Below the pieces are notes generated by a model, which made no database searches, was not told the origin of the DNA, and saw nothing but the letters and a program-made list of their open reading frames with translations. A program made the position numbers and the translations under genes. Source: Lama guanicoe (Eukaryota). From it: a stretch of 64,000 bases of DNA. The stretch covers positions 8,917,220-8,981,219 of the forward strand of contig MU054323.1 in assembly GCA_013239625.1 (NCBI GenBank), given 5' to 3'. Below are positions 43,172-56,411 of the stretch, piece by piece (position 1 is the first letter of the stretch; each line of letters opens with the position of its first letter).

Positions 43172-43267
43172 GGTCAGGTGGAGTTTCAACCAAAGGAAAA
43201 AGGAAACCCAGGCAGGAAGAAGATGAGGACTATCGCGAATTTCCTCAGAAGAAGCATAAGCTTTATG
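43172..43267 (+). CDS. ZNF512: ZNF512 exon 4 ([32 protein letters not shown])
   Basis: ttttcag-type acceptor and gtaagg donor; phase 1 to 1. Confidence 0.95.
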
Positions 43268-43557
43268 GTAAGGGAGTAACTTTGCTAACTCTTTTTCCCT
43301 GGGTGCCTGGGCTTTATTTGAAGGTAAAAGGGAGAGGGATCTTAGGTTTTATCCCTTGAAGTACTTTGAGCCCTTTGAATTTTCTGGCAAGGAAAATAGC
43401 CTCCATCCTGCCTTACGTTACCCTTTTCTTCTGTTATGTGTCAGTTGGTTGAGGGAGTGGGGCATAGGGCGTTGAGAAGAGGAGGGAAGAGGTTTTGGTA
43501 CTAGAGACAGGTTAGCAAAGGTGATGTGTTGGGCTTCAAGTTTCTGTCTTGCATCAG

Positions 43558-43641
43558 GGAGGAAGCAACGACCTAAAACTCAGCCTAATCCCAAAGCCCA
43601 AGCTCGTCGTATTCGGAAGGAACCACCAGCTTATGCAGCAG
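43558..43641 (+). CDS. ZNF512: ZNF512 exon 5 ([28 protein letters not shown])
   Basis: catcag acceptor, gtatgc donor; phase 1 to 1. Confidence 0.95.
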
Positions 43642-44301
43642 GTATGCTTTCTTTTGGAAGCTTTGTGAGATCTGGTTCTCTCGTTGTGTCTTTTTTTGTT
43701 GTCATTGGTAAAGGAATGATGTACCAAAGCATTTCTTTAAGGAGGCACTTATGAGGGCATGGGTTTGGAAGACAGTCAGACCCTTGTTTAAGTTTTGGCT
43801 CTTTGTTAATTTTCTGACCTGCTTCTTAACTTCTGCAGGTTTCAGTTTCCATGTCTCTAAATAAGGATAATAAAGGGAGTCAGAATTGTTGTGAAAGTTA
43901 AATAGGATAAAAACATTTAACAGAGTCTCAGGCACATAGGAAATACTTAGCAAACCAGCTGTTACACATCTCAGTATCCTACTCTAATATGATGCTATGA
44001 AAAATTTTACACATTGTCAGTTATACCTCAAAAAAACTGTGAAAAAAGTTATTGCTCATTTTTTTAAGCCACTGGGCTTTGGCGTGGTTCTCGGATGGTT
44101 TTTGTCATGGGGAATTGAGTAGGAGTTTCAGAAATTCTTCACTGGCTTAAAAAGATTATTTGTAAAAGTTGTATACAGCTATAGTCTCTCCCCCAGGAAA
44201 GAGAAAAACCATTTTATGATACTTTTCCTAAATTCTGGGATTGTGCTTTTTGTTTCTGGAGGATACTACAGATTATAAGTGTTCCTTTCTTTCCTTTATA
44301 G

Positions 44302-44426
44302 GCAGTTTAGAGGAGCAGTGGTACTTAGAAATTGTGGATAAAGGCAGTGTTTCCTGTCCTACCTGCCAGGCAGTGGGGAGGAAGACCATAGAGGGCTTAA
44401 AGAAACACATGGAAAACTGCAAACAG
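44302..44426 (+). CDS. ZNF512: ZNF512 exon 6 ([22 protein letters not shown]...HMENCKQ)
   Basis: tttatag acceptor, gttaga donor; atypical C2HC finger. Confidence 0.95.
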
Positions 44427-44544
44427 GTTAGATATTTTGTGGCATTTCATAACTGTTGTGACTTTTTATTTTTAAACATCTGGCACTGTGTTGAATATGT
44501 TGGTTACTATGGAGAAGAGGCAGCCTTATGTCACAGAGAAAACA

Positions 44545-44765
44545 TAGGCTTTGGAGTCTGACAGTCTTGGGTTTGAATCTTCATTCAGCCACTTAGTTGT
44601 GTCAGTTTTGTATGTGTGGACCTCAGTTTCCTCATTTATAAAATAGAGATAAAATAATTACTACTTGTGTAGTCCATCAGAGGATAAAAAATACATAATA
44701 TATGCTAAGTGCCTACCCCTTTGCTTGGCAAATATTGACACTCAGTAAATGGTAGTAATTCTTAT
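44545..44765 (+). mobile_element. MIR SINE
   Basis: 'ggctttggagtctgacag...gggtttgaatc...cctcagtttcctcatttataaaatagagataa'. Confidence 0.75.
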
Positions 44766-44961
44766 TACTTTAAAAATGAGTAGCTTTTACTTCTTTGCCC
44801 TTGAGGACTTGACAGTGAGCTTGTGGGATTTTGAGATCCATTGACTATTACAGAGTTTGGGAAATAAAGAAGATACAGATGAGAACATTTGAACAGGACT
44901 TTGTGACATTCTATTTCTCTGTTGAACAGCCTGGCACTGAGCAGTATTTTTCCCTTGGCAG

Positions 44962-45048
44962 GAAATGTTTACTTGTCATCATTGTGGGAAACAACTTCGT
45001 TCACTGGCAGGGATGAAGTATCACGTCATGGCAAATCATAATAGCTTG
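44962..45048 (+). CDS. ZNF512: ZNF512 exon 7 ([29 protein letters not shown])
   Basis: C2H2 finger; canonical AG/GT sites. Confidence 0.95.
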
Positions 45049-45470
45049 GTAAGAGTGTCTTCTGTACTATATGAGCCGATGTGGTATTTGGATGTCTTTA
45101 CTTGGATGAGTGTAGATAACTCAGTGGAGATGGCTAAGGCTCTGGGACTTCATAGGGCTGTAAGTAAGAAGAGCCTTTTGATAGAAGAATTACATACAAT
45201 GAAATCTTTGTGGTAGATACAAAGGGTATTTATGTGTTTAGGTTAGCCCAAAGGTTCATATCCTGGGAGGTAGAGGCTTTGAACTTTTACTTCTATTACA
45301 TTCAGTTCAGTGTGTAGGAAAAGATGGAGAAAGTCAGGAGTCAGATAACTCAAACTTCATGGGCATCAGCTTCGGTGCTAGTCCAGTCCTTGATTCTCCT
45401 GTGATAGAATTTTTTTCTGTATCTGTCTTTTCCATGAATCATCTGCTTGTTTGCTTCTCTTGCTTTCTAG

Positions 45471-45569
45471 CCCATTTTGAAGGCTGGAGATGAAATAGAT
45501 GAGCCAAGTGAGAGGGAACGTCTCCGAACAGTTCTCAAGAGGCTGGGAAAGCTCAGGTGCATGCGTGAG
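45471..45569 (+). CDS. ZNF512: ZNF512 exon 8 ([33 protein letters not shown])
   Basis: tttctag acceptor, gtaaga donor. Confidence 0.95.
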
Positions 45570-46172
45570 GTAAGAGCCCAAAGACAGCAGCTCCTTCTGC
45601 CTGGAGTCTCAGCTCAGTGTCTTTCTGTAGTTCTTTGCCATGTCTCCTCCCTCTCCCTTATAGATCTGGTTTTGTGTCATAAGCCAGCATGAGAGTGGCT
45701 CCTGTATTTCAGTGTCTCCTCCCTCATTAATAGTTCTTTATTTTCTTTCTCATCTCCAAAAATTAGTTTTCTCCTCTTTCCCCTTGTTGAAGGAGTTTCT
45801 TTATCATCCTTTCTTTAGTGTGATGAAGAGATTGTAGTAACCTTGTATAAGGAACTTTGATATTCCTGGTATTTGATATTGGGGTGGAGTTGGATCATAG
45901 ACCAAGGAGGAAGCTCTGGTGCAGAGGAGGTGCACAGTTCTAGTTTATTGAATGCTGACTAAATTGATTGAATATCATGCTTGGTGGTAGATAGGGGAGC
46001 AGTCAGGCCAGGGACAAGTAAGGGTTGTGCCAGTAGGAAATGCTAGAGATGGTCTAGTGATATTAGAGAGTCTGTTTGTATGATGTGGTTGAGTGCTTTG
46101 TGGCTGTTTGGAAATTTAGAGATCATATCAAAATATGTAAGATTATAGTATAGGCCTCTCTCCTGTGTTCAG

Positions 46173-46340
46173 AGTTGCTCTAGTAGCTTCACCAGCATCA
46201 TGGGATATCTGTACCATGTCAGAAAATGTGGCAAAGGGGCTGCAGAGCTGGAGAAGATGACCCTGAAATGTCACCACTGTGGAAAGCCGTATAGATCGAA
46301 GGCTGGACTTGCGTATCATCTGAGGTCAGAACATGGGCCT
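46173..46340 (+). CDS. ZNF512: ZNF512 exon 9 ([19 protein letters not shown]...[24 protein letters not shown])
   Basis: C2H2 finger; gttcag acceptor, gtgagt donor. Confidence 0.95.
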
Positions 46341-46734
46341 GTGAGTACTGATTACTTTCCAGACCCTGTTTCGAGATCTATTCTGTGGTGACTGCTCACC
46401 CCTACATCTTTCCTACATCCTTGGTTCCTCATTTGTGTCCCCTTTTAATTTGAATGCTTGTGCTCTCTCTTCCTTGTTCTTTGTGCTCTTTCTTTCTGCC
46501 TTTTGATCATTCTTAGATTAGAGAAATCAAATTTCATTGTATAATCTGGGCAGAAGTAAACTCAATATTATATGTTTAAAACTTAAGGCATTCTCCCTTA
46601 GCTAGAAATTTTTTAGGAAGCTGTCCAGCTGGTTCCTCTGTTCCAATTTTTTTGTTTGGACTTTGTCTTTTCCTGATTACACTTCTAAGCTGTAGGGAAA
46701 AAAAAACCCTCATTTTTTTCTTAGCACTAAGTTT

Positions 46735-47845
46735 CAGTGTATAATTTGCATATGGTAATTAATATTCATCCTTTTTAGTGTACAGTTGTAAGAGTTTCGA
46801 CAAGTACATACAGTCATGTAATTACCACCGTAATCAAAGTATAGAACAATTTGATCATCCCTCCAAATTCCTTTGTGTCTCTTTATAGTCAGTTCTTCCC
46901 ACCCACATCCCCTGGCAACCACTGATACTATCCCTATAGTTTTACCTTTTTTGGAATGTCATATAAATTGAACCGTATAGCATAGCCTTTTGAGTCTAGC
47001 TTCTTTCACTTAGCATAATGCATTTAAGGTTCATCTATGTGTTGCATGTATCATTAGTTTATTCCCTTTTGTTTCTGTCTAGGATTCCATTGTATGATTG
47101 TTTCACAACTTGTTTATCCATTCACTAGTTGAAAAGCACTTGGGGTTGTTTCTGGTTTTTGGCAATTATGAATAATCTACTATAAACACTTACATAAAGG
47201 TTTTTCATGTGAAAATAAGTTTTAATTTCTCTTGGGTAAATACTTAGGAATGAGATTGCTAAGTCATATGATAAATGTATGTTTAACTTTATAAAAAAAC
47301 TGCCATAGTATTCTCCAAAGCAGCTGTGTCCTTTTGCATTCTTACCAGCAAAGTATGAGAATTCTAGTTGCTTTGCATCTTTATCAGCACTTGCTATTGT
47401 CAGTTTCATTTTTTAAAATCCATTCTAGTAGGTATGTAGTGGTATTTTAATGCAGTCTAAATTTGCATTTCCCTAATGACTAATGATGACTAATGATATT
47501 GACCATCTTTTCATGTGCTTCTTGGGAATGTCAGTCTTTAGAGAAGTTTCTTCCTTGGTGAAGTGTCTGTTGAAATCCTTTATTCATTTTATTGTTGAAG
47601 TTTTTGTTGTCTTACTATTAACTTTTGAATATATTTTGAGTTTTTTATATACTCTCAACACAAATCTTTTATCAGATACATGTTTTGCAAATATTTTCTC
47701 TCAGTCTGTAGCTTGTCTTTTCATTTTTTTTTTTTTAGTATTTTTTAAAGGGCAGAATTCTTAATTTTCATAAAATTCAATTTATCTTCTTTTTTCTTTT
47801 ATGGATAATGCTTTTGTTGTTGTATCTAAGATATCTTTGCCCAAC
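46735..47845 (-). mobile_element. Old L1 3' region, antisense
   Basis: Minus-strand ORF2 C-terminal-like peptide (IKLNIHLSYDLAISFLSIYPREIKTY) and L1 3'UTR motifs. Confidence 0.8.
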
Positions 47846-47849
47846 CCAA

Positions 47850-48368
47850 TGTATAATTTTCTTTTACTGCATTAAAAAAATCACCATAAAGTTAGTATCC
47901 TTAATGCAGTTGTATTATTTCACAGTTTATTAGGCCAGAAGTCCAGATTACATCCAGCACACTCAGCTGGTTCCCCTGTATAGAGCGTCACTAGAATGGA
48001 ATCGAAGTTTCAGTAGAGCTATTCCTTTCTGGAGGCCCAAGGGGAGGATCTGTTTCTAGGCTTATTAAGATTGTTCAGGAATTCAGTTCCATGCAGTTAT
48101 AGGACCTCATTTCCTTGTTTGCTACAGGTTGGGAGTTGTGCTCAGCTTCTAAAGGCCACCTGTATTTCTTGGCCTATGGTCCCGTACATCTTCATATCAG
48201 CAGCAGCATTGAGTCTCTCTCATGCTTGGAATCTCCCCTGCCTCTTTTTCTGTCATATCTCTCTTACTTAAAGTCAACTGATTATGGATATTAATTAGGT
48301 TTACAAGAATACCATGTTTGGCTGATGACTGTAGCCTAGCAAAGTTGACACAGGAAAAAAACCATCAT
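47850..48368. mobile_element. MaLR (MLT1-type) solo LTR
   Basis: 'aaatcaccataaagttagt...ctttctggaggccca...gttcaggaattcagttccatgcagtt...gcctagcaaagttgacaca'. Confidence 0.6.
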
Positions 48369-48473
48369 ATCCAGGGTCACAAAAATGTTCTTTCTTGATT
48401 TCTTCTAGAATTTTTATACTTTAATGGTTTACATTTAGGGCTATGATCTATTCGGGGTTTGGGGTTTTTAAAA

Positions 48474-49025
48474 TTTTTTTTTAATTTACCATCCAGGTCT
48501 TTTATTTTCTTGATGCCTATCATGCCATGAATTTATAGGGAATGAGTTCCAACAATTCAGGCTTCTTTCCATTGGTTCTCACAAAGTGTGCTTCTCTGGG
48601 TGGAGCAGGCTGGCACTTCATTTGAACCCAAGTACCTTTCTCTTTGGCTTTCTTCTTTGATCATTTTCCTTCGCTTGTTTTGGGAAGCTATCTTAGCTCT
48701 TGGAGTGTTTAATATGCTCAGTATACACATTAATTCTCTTGGCAAGACTCTTGCCCTTAACTTGTTTGCTTACAACAATGCCAACAGCATGCTGGGTAAC
48801 ATTGTAGACTTCCAGTTTTGCCCTGGTAACATTTGTGGGGCATTCCTTTTTGAACAGTACCCATTCCCTTGATACCTACAATATCTACCTTTCTTGTAGA
48901 TTTCCATATATGTGGCCAAAGGAACAACACCCTGTTTTCTAAAAGGCATAAGAGAACATATAGCGAAGTCTCCTCTTTCCTTTTGTGTTGGTCATTTTGG
49001 CAAATTACTGGAAGATGGCGGTTCC
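48474..49025 (-). pseudogene. RPL21: RPL21 processed pseudogene (disrupted CDS 48520-48995)
   Basis: Minus strand reads MTNTK..., [25 protein letters not shown]... and ends IPYKFMA*; frameshifts, no introns, poly(A) remnant. Confidence 0.92.
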
Positions 49026-49316
49026 TAGAATTCATTTTGAATTAATTTTTGCACATGGGTCAAAGTTTATTTCTTTGGATGTGGATATATCTTGGCTTTC
49101 AACCACTTTAACTTATTACAACACAACAGATTTTATCCTGCTAAGAAACTGTTTTACCAGTGAAATATTCATTAAAATGGTGGAGCTTTATTCTAGTGGT
49201 TAGCAAGACAGTAAATAGCTCTTTTGATATTAAGAGCAGGAATAACAGCCATTAATCACTGACTCTGATGGAAGCCATTTCTCAGGCTTGTGTTTTACTA
49301 TGTCTCATTCTTGTAG

Positions 49317-49511
49317 ATCTCCTTCTTTCCAGAGTCGGGACAGCCAGAGTGCTTAAAGGAGATGAGCCTGGAGCCAAAGAGTGGGGGCAGAGTTCAGAGG
49401 CGTTCTGCCAAAATAGCTGTGTACCACCTGCAGGAACTGGCCTCTGCTGAACTGGCCAAGGAATGGCCTAAGAGAAAGGTGCTTCAAGATCTGGTACCTG
49501 ATGATCGGAAG
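49317..49511 (+). CDS. ZNF512: ZNF512 exon 10 ([21 protein letters not shown]...[11 protein letters not shown])
   Basis: ttgtag acceptor, gtgagg donor; 65 codons. Confidence 0.95.
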
Positions 49512-50015
49512 GTGAGGTAAAAACTGTAAATTTTGAATGATTATGTCTGATACTTTGTTTGCTCTTTTATCTTCAGAGATAGAGTACATCTGTTCCAGCC
49601 TCAATGTTTGGATTCATGTAGGTCCTAGAGTGACAGTCTTTTTCAGAAGTTCCTTAAGGAGACCTGTTAATGTTAGACTACTTCCAAGGGGAACCTGAAT
49701 TCCCAGATTACTTTTTTGTTTGGTCTTTGCCCAGTGTTTCCACTTTGTTAGTTCATATGGAGTAGTTTAAGATTTAGTTTAGGTAAGTAGTTTCAATTTG
49801 TTTTAGTAGCAGTAGAACAACTCTCCCCACCTACTTTTTTTTTCTAAATAAAAGATTATGCAAAACATTATATATATAATAAATAAAAATGGAGTTGCCC
49901 TGAATAACTGGGGGTAGTGAATGCAAAGTCTTGTCTACTTAGCCTTCTCCTTGATACTTTTATCATTTCCCTCCAAGGCCCCTAGTGTATTCTGAGGGGT
50001 GCAGAACTCAGAATC

Positions 50016-52693
50016 AGAATATTCTACCCAACAAGGCTATCTTTCAGATTTGAAGGAGAGACAAAGGGTTCTACAGACAAGCAAAAGCTAAGTGTTCAGC
50101 ACCACTAAACCAGCTTTACAAGAAATGTTAAGGGAATTTCTTTAACCAGAAAAGAAAAGACCACAACTAAATATGAACATTGTGAAAGAAAAAAAAAACC
50201 TCTTTGGTAAAGGCAAATATACAATAAGGTAGGAAATTAACCACTTTTAAAGCTAGTAGGAAGGTTAAAAGACAAAACTAGTAAAATCATCTATGTGTAC
50301 AATACGGTTAAGGGATATGCGAAACAAAAAGATATAAAAATATGATGTCAAAAACATCATACTGGGGAGGGGAGTAAAAAACGCAGGATTGTTAGAATGC
50401 CTTTAAACTTAAGAGCTCATCAATTTAAAATATATATATTGGTTGCTATATGTAAACCTCATGGTAACCACAAACCAAAAATCTGCAATATATACACATA
50501 CAAAAAAAGAGAAAGAAATCCAAACCTAACCTAAAGAGTATTAGCAGATCACAAGGGAAGAGAACAAAAGAAGAAAAAGGAACAACAAACAAAAAATGAC
50601 AACCAACCAGAAAATAATTAACTAAATGGCAGTAAGTACATACCTATCAATAATTACTTTAGATATAAATGAACTAAATAATCCAATCAAGAGACATAGA
50701 GTGGCTGAATGGATATATAAATAAGACCTGTATATATGCTGTATAAAAGAGACTCACTTCAGATCTGACTGAAAATGAGGTGATGGAAAAAGATGTACCA
50801 TGCAAGTGGAAACAAAAAGAAAGCTGGGGTAGCAACACTTGCATGAGACAAAATAGAACTTAAAACAAAGACTGTAACAGACAAAGGAGGCTGTTACATA
50901 ATGATCAAGGGATCAATCCTACAAGAAGTTATAACAATTGTAAATATGTGTTCACTCAACATGGGCGCTCCTGAATACATAAGCAAATATTAAACATAAA
51001 GGGAGAAATTGACAGTAACACAATAGTAGTATGGGACTTTAACACCTCATTTACATCAATGGACAGATCATCCAGACAAAAAAATGAATAAGGAACCATT
51101 GGCCTTAAATAACACATTAGACCAGATAGGTTTAATAGACATTCCATGCAAAAACAACCGAATACACTTTCTTTTCAAGTACATGTGGAATATTCTCCAG
51201 GACAGATCACATGCTAGGCCACAAAACAAGTCTTAATAAATGTAAGAAGATAGAAGTCATATCAAGCATCTTTTCCAACCAAAGAGTATGACACTAGAAG
51301 TCAGTTACAAAAACAGAAAACTGCAAAAAGCACAAACACATGGAGGCTAAACAGTATGCTACTAAACAGCCAAAGGGTCACTAAAGACATCTGAGGAAAT
51401 AAAAAAATATCTGGAGAAAAATAAAAATGGGAATACAACAATCCAAAAATCTATGGGAAGCTGCAAAAGCAGTTCTAAGAGGGAAGTTTTTAGTGATACA
51501 AGCCCACCTCAGGAAACACAAAAAATCTCATATAAACAACCTAACCTTATACCTAAAGGAACTAGAAAAAGAACAAGCGAAACCCAAAGTTAGAAAAAGG
51601 AAAGAAATAGTAAAGATTAGAGCAGAAATAATTGAAATAGACACTAAAAAAAAAAAAAGAACAATGAAACTAAGAGCTAGTTCTATGAAAAGTTAAAAAA
51701 ATTTTGATAAACCTTTAGCCACACTCATCAAGAAAAAAGAGAGGGGCCAAACAGATAAAATCAGAAATGAAAAAGAAGTTACTGCTGACAACACCAGAAA
51801 TACAAAGGGTCGTAAGAGATTACTACAGATAATTATATGCCAATAAAAAGGACACCCTAGAAGAAATGGAAACATCCAATCTCCCAAGACTGAATCAGGG
51901 AGAAATAGAAAATATGCAGACCAATTACTAGTAATGAAATTGAATCAGTAATTTAAAAACTCTACAAACAAAAGTTCAGGACCAGATGACTTCACAGGTG
52001 AATTCTACAGCACATTTAAAGAAGAGTTAACACTGATCGTTCTCAGACTATTCCAAAATATTGAAGAAGGAACACTTCTGGACTCATTCTATGAAGACAG
52101 AATCACCCCAATATCAAAAATCTGACAGACACTACAAAAAAAAGAAAATTACAGGTCAGTAGCACTGATGAACATAAATGCAAAAGGCCTCAATAAAATA
52201 TTAGCAAATCAAATTAAACTATACATTAGAAGAATCATATACCATGATCAAGTGGGACTTATCCCAGGGATATAAGGCTGGTTCAATATCCGTAAATCAA
52301 TCAATATGATATACCACATTCAAAAATTGAAGAAAGAAAAGCATTTGATTGTCCCAATAGATGCAGAAAAGCTTTTGACAAAGTGCAATCCTTTTATGAT
52401 AAAAATTCTCAACAAGGAGGTTACCAAGGGAACATACCTCAATGTAATAAAGGCCATCTATTACAAGCTCACTGGTAACATCTTCAGTGATGAGAAGCTA
52501 AAAGCTTTTCTTCTAAGACCAGGAACAAGATAAGGATGCTCACTCTTGCCACTTTTATTCAACACAGTAATGGAATTCCTAGCCACAGCAGTCAGACAAG
52601 AAAATGAAATCAGTGGTGTCCAAATTGGAAAGGAAAAAGTAAAACTGTCACTATTTGCAGGTGACATGGTACTGTATACAGAAAATCCAAAGG

Positions 52694-52731
<38 letters not shown>

Positions 52732-53024
52732 AGAAACCAATTAGAACTGATAAATGAATTCAGTAAAGTTGCAGGATACAAAATTAATATACAGAAATCT
52801 GTTGTGTTTCTATATACCAAAAACAAACTATCAAAAAAAAAATCCCGTTTACAATGACATCAAAAAGAATAGAATAACTAGGAGTAAATATCGAAAAGGA
52901 GGTAAAAGACCTATACTTAGAAAACTCTTAAGACATTGATGAAAGAAATTGAAGATGACAGAAGCAAATGGAAAGATAACACCATGCTCATGGATTGGAA
53001 GAATTAATATTGTTAAAATGACCA
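50016..53024 (+). mobile_element. L1 fragment (end of ORF1, endonuclease and RT parts of ORF2), decayed, sense to ZNF512
   Basis: ORF2p-like peptides NLWEAAKAVLRGKF and [19 protein letters not shown]...[14 protein letters not shown], with many frameshifts. Confidence 0.92.
52695..52730. repeat. (AC)18 microsatellite inside the L1
   Basis: Direct reading. Confidence 0.95.
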
Positions 53025-54064
53025 GAAGAGAGGAAATGCTTAAAAATAAAGCCAGCTTTGTACTCTGATTTACCAGAGGTTCTTTAGTTTACCTTTCTTA
53101 CTCCCCTCATTACCTCAGTGGGCTTTGGTTCTGTTTTTCTGTCTCAGAGAATCTGCTTCTTTTCAGATACTTCCATTTTTCAAGCAGAAGAGTTCTTTAC
53201 TCACTGGAAATACAATTCTATGTTACCAATGGTGGGCTTTGTAAGAAGTGTCTCTCTAAGTGTTAATAACTGTTTTCTGGGAACTAGTTATAGTTGTAAA
53301 AAATAAAGACTGGTGTCAAAACGTGTGAAAAGAAGTGCTAGGAATAATTCTATTTTTGCAGTAGAAGCAAAGATTAAGTTTCTATTCCCCGAGTTTTCTC
53401 ACATTCTTGTTTTAGGTTGAACCTTAATTTTTTGTGTGGTAGTATTTTTAAAATATTAAGAATTAACATGATGTCATTGAAGAAAAATGATAAATGCAGA
53501 AAAGCAGGAAAAATATTAAAATCACTCAAAATTTTAGTATCCAGAGAATACTACTGTTAACACTTTGATTTATAGCCTTTGACTCATATACATATATTTC
53601 TATTGAATATATTACTTTGTATGTATATATGTACCTTGAGTATAAAGCATACTTAGAATATATATGTTATATATATAGAGAGAGAACGTATTTGTATCCC
53701 TCTCTCTTTTTTTGTTTTGTTTTATTTTGTTTTCCTTTCTCTCTTGTGACAAATATTTTAACTGTATAATGGTCTGTCACTAGTTTTTTTTTCAACTTTA
53801 GATGAAGTGTTATATCTGAAAATCTCCTGTCCTCTGTTAAAGATGTTTAAGATGTTTGTCTTAAATTGTTTTAAGATAAAACAATAGGAAGTTATGCTTG
53901 TGCATTTCAGGAACTTTAAAGAATCTTACATACTATAATTTTTTTATATATGAAAATGTACTTCTGCAGTTCGACAATTACATAACCTGAAGGTAATTCT
54001 GTTACTTTGGGAATATTTTGGTTGAAAGTTGAATTCCTCCAACAAAATGTTTCTTGTCTTATAG

Positions 54065-54166
54065 TTAAAATATACTCGCCCTGGGTTACCTACCTTCAGC
54101 CAGGAAGTACTACACAAATGGAAGTCAGATATCAAGAAGTATCATCGCATTCAGTGTCCTAACCAG
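54065..54166 (+). CDS. ZNF512: ZNF512 exon 11 ([34 protein letters not shown])
   Basis: cttatag acceptor, gtggtt donor. Confidence 0.93.
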
Positions 54167-54218
54167 GTGGTTCTTTCTCATTCATTTATTCAATAAATGC
54201 TTATTAAGCATCTGCTAT

Positions 54219-54712
54219 AGTTTTAGTTATTCATTCCTTTGTGACAAAGCACCTAAACCTCAGAGGCTTAAAACATCAGTTACTTCATTTGTTAACAGTT
54301 TTGCCAGGGCTCAGAGGGCAGTTCTCCTGCAGTACACGGCATCAACTGGGATCATTCATGGGTTGCATTCAGTTGGAAGCTCTGATGGGGCCTGAATGTC
54401 GGATGGCTTCTAAGCAGCCATTTCCCTGCTTCAGCTGGGAGATTGGCTTTCTACCTGGTGTCTCTTGCATGATAGTTTGATTACCAGTAGGGTACATGGT
54501 GACTGAATTCTCAGACAGAGTATTGCAAGAACATCCAAGTGAAAGCTGCAGATCTGTTAGGCCTAGCTTCAGAATTAGTTCAGCATCATTGCCATAGCCT
54601 TCTGTTGGTCAGAGGAATCACAGGAATAACTCAGTTTCAAAGGGAGGATAGATAGGCTCCACTTCTTGATGGGAAGAGTGGCAGAGAATTTCCAGCCGTA
54701 TTTAATCTATTA
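54219..54712. mobile_element. MaLR (MLT1-type) solo LTR
   Basis: 'aaacctcagaggcttaaaaca...ctccacttcttgatgggaagagtggcagagaattt'. Confidence 0.65.
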
Positions 54713-55088
54713 TAGCTGTTATGTGCATTACTTTGGGAGGAGTAGATAAACAAGAAATAAGAGACACAATTGCACTAAAGTTAAGCTGATTTTTGGAAAA
54801 ATCTGACCATACAATTTTGTGTGTTTTTCTAAGTATCAGAAAAAATACCAGGGAAGAGAATGTTATAAGCTTTTCTAAACAACATATTCACCTCCTTTTC
54901 TTTTACTTTTCCTTGTTTTCTTCTTGCTCTTCAGCTTGCATGTGAATTCTTTTTCTTTGTGGTTTGTGGTGCAGTTTATTGGGCTTCTTCCTCCCAAAGG
55001 TAGAGTGGATTAGTGTAAATGGCCAGATTGCTAAGAAAAGGATGCTGTTTGGTATAATCTTCACATGATTTCTTCTTCTTTTTTTCAG

Positions 55089-55151
55089 GGTTGTGAGGCT
55101 GTCTACAGTAGTGTATCTGGCCTTAAAGCTCACCTGGGCTCTTGTACATTG
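55089..55151 (+). CDS. ZNF512: ZNF512 exon 12 ([21 protein letters not shown])
   Basis: Long polypyrimidine tract ending cag, gtttgt donor. Confidence 0.93.
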
Positions 55152-56312
55152 GTTTGTAATGTTCTGAACTCTTTATCTTACTGTGACCTCTAAAATAATC
55201 TGACATGGAAGAGAATTCAGATTTGGTGAACAGCTAGTTGTCCTGTTTGCTGTTATCTTTAAAGGCTGGTTTAGTTTTTGTTTGTTTGTTTGTTTTTGTC
55301 CCAGAAATTCTTGGTCCTTTACTGGGTGGAGTGCCAGGGTATATTCAAGATGCAGAACAGGCCAACATAGCCATAAATCATAGCAATGAAAAAATTTGGA
55401 TGAAAACATACAGTTCCGAGTCCTACCAGGGATTTAACTTCTTCCACCTGAGCCTCTACCACACTGGGCCTGCCCTGTCTTATTGGGCCTTCAACTTCTT
55501 AGAGTCACCTTACATGTGCTTATCTGGATTGGTGAAGATTCTCAAATCCATCTGAACTATACTGGCTTCTGGGGATGGGAGGTGTCCCTGGGTGTCAGGC
55601 TGACAGCCATTCACCTCACTGAATGTTTTCCATGTTGACCCAGGTGCCTACAACCCACCAGCTGTGGGGATTGCTGCCACTTTCCATTCCCATTCAGAAG
55701 TATCTCCACACAATATGAGCACCATGGAAACTAGAAGCTTCAGGAGGGGAGAGAAGTCTTAGTTCATGGCAACAAGGGAGTTGTAGGCATCCAAACCAGA
55801 CCTGTCCAGGAATGCTTAGGAGTTTGTCATTTCAGTCTTAGTTTCTGAGTCCTTCAGCTAGGTCTTGTGGAGGTTACTCTTCTAATTCTGGATTCCCAGG
55901 GCACTCTTTGCAGCAGTGGGTTGATTGTAGTGGGTAGAATTGCACATTGGTCTCATTGAATTTCAGGAGTTTGGTCATTTGGTGGGAGGAACCAAGAACC
56001 TGAAAGTGAAGCCATAAGGGAAGATAGAAAAATGTGATGTGTTACATAATAAAAGTAGAGGAACTTCAGGGTGTGTTGGGATTAGGTGGGAGTGGTGAGT
56101 ATTTGGTGTAGAATTGCATTAAGATTAGATGTATAATAGTGATAATACGCCCAAGCAGGTTTTCCTAAATATATTGTCATTTTGGATTTTATTCCTTCTT
56201 CATTTTGCTAAAGTAGTATCCTCTCTTTTCATCTCTAACAGCCCCTACCCATGGCCCGGGTTTGTGTTGCTGAATTTACTAACCATTCTCTTTCCTTCTC
56301 TCTTAAAAATAG

Positions 56313-56411
56313 GGAACCTTTGTGGCTGGAAAATACAAATGTCTTCTGTGTCAAAAAGAATTTGTGTCAGAGAGTGGTGTCAAGTATCACATCAACTCTG
56401 TCCATGCTGAG
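56313..56411 (+). CDS. ZNF512: ZNF512 exon 13 ([33 protein letters not shown])
   Basis: C2H2 finger; aaatag acceptor, gtgagg donor. Confidence 0.95.

Noticed and set aside
50016..53024. Potentially active or domesticated reverse transcriptase
   Set aside because: ORF2 is fragmented by many stops and frameshifts, the catalytic motif reads FAGD rather than FADD, and a microsatellite is inserted
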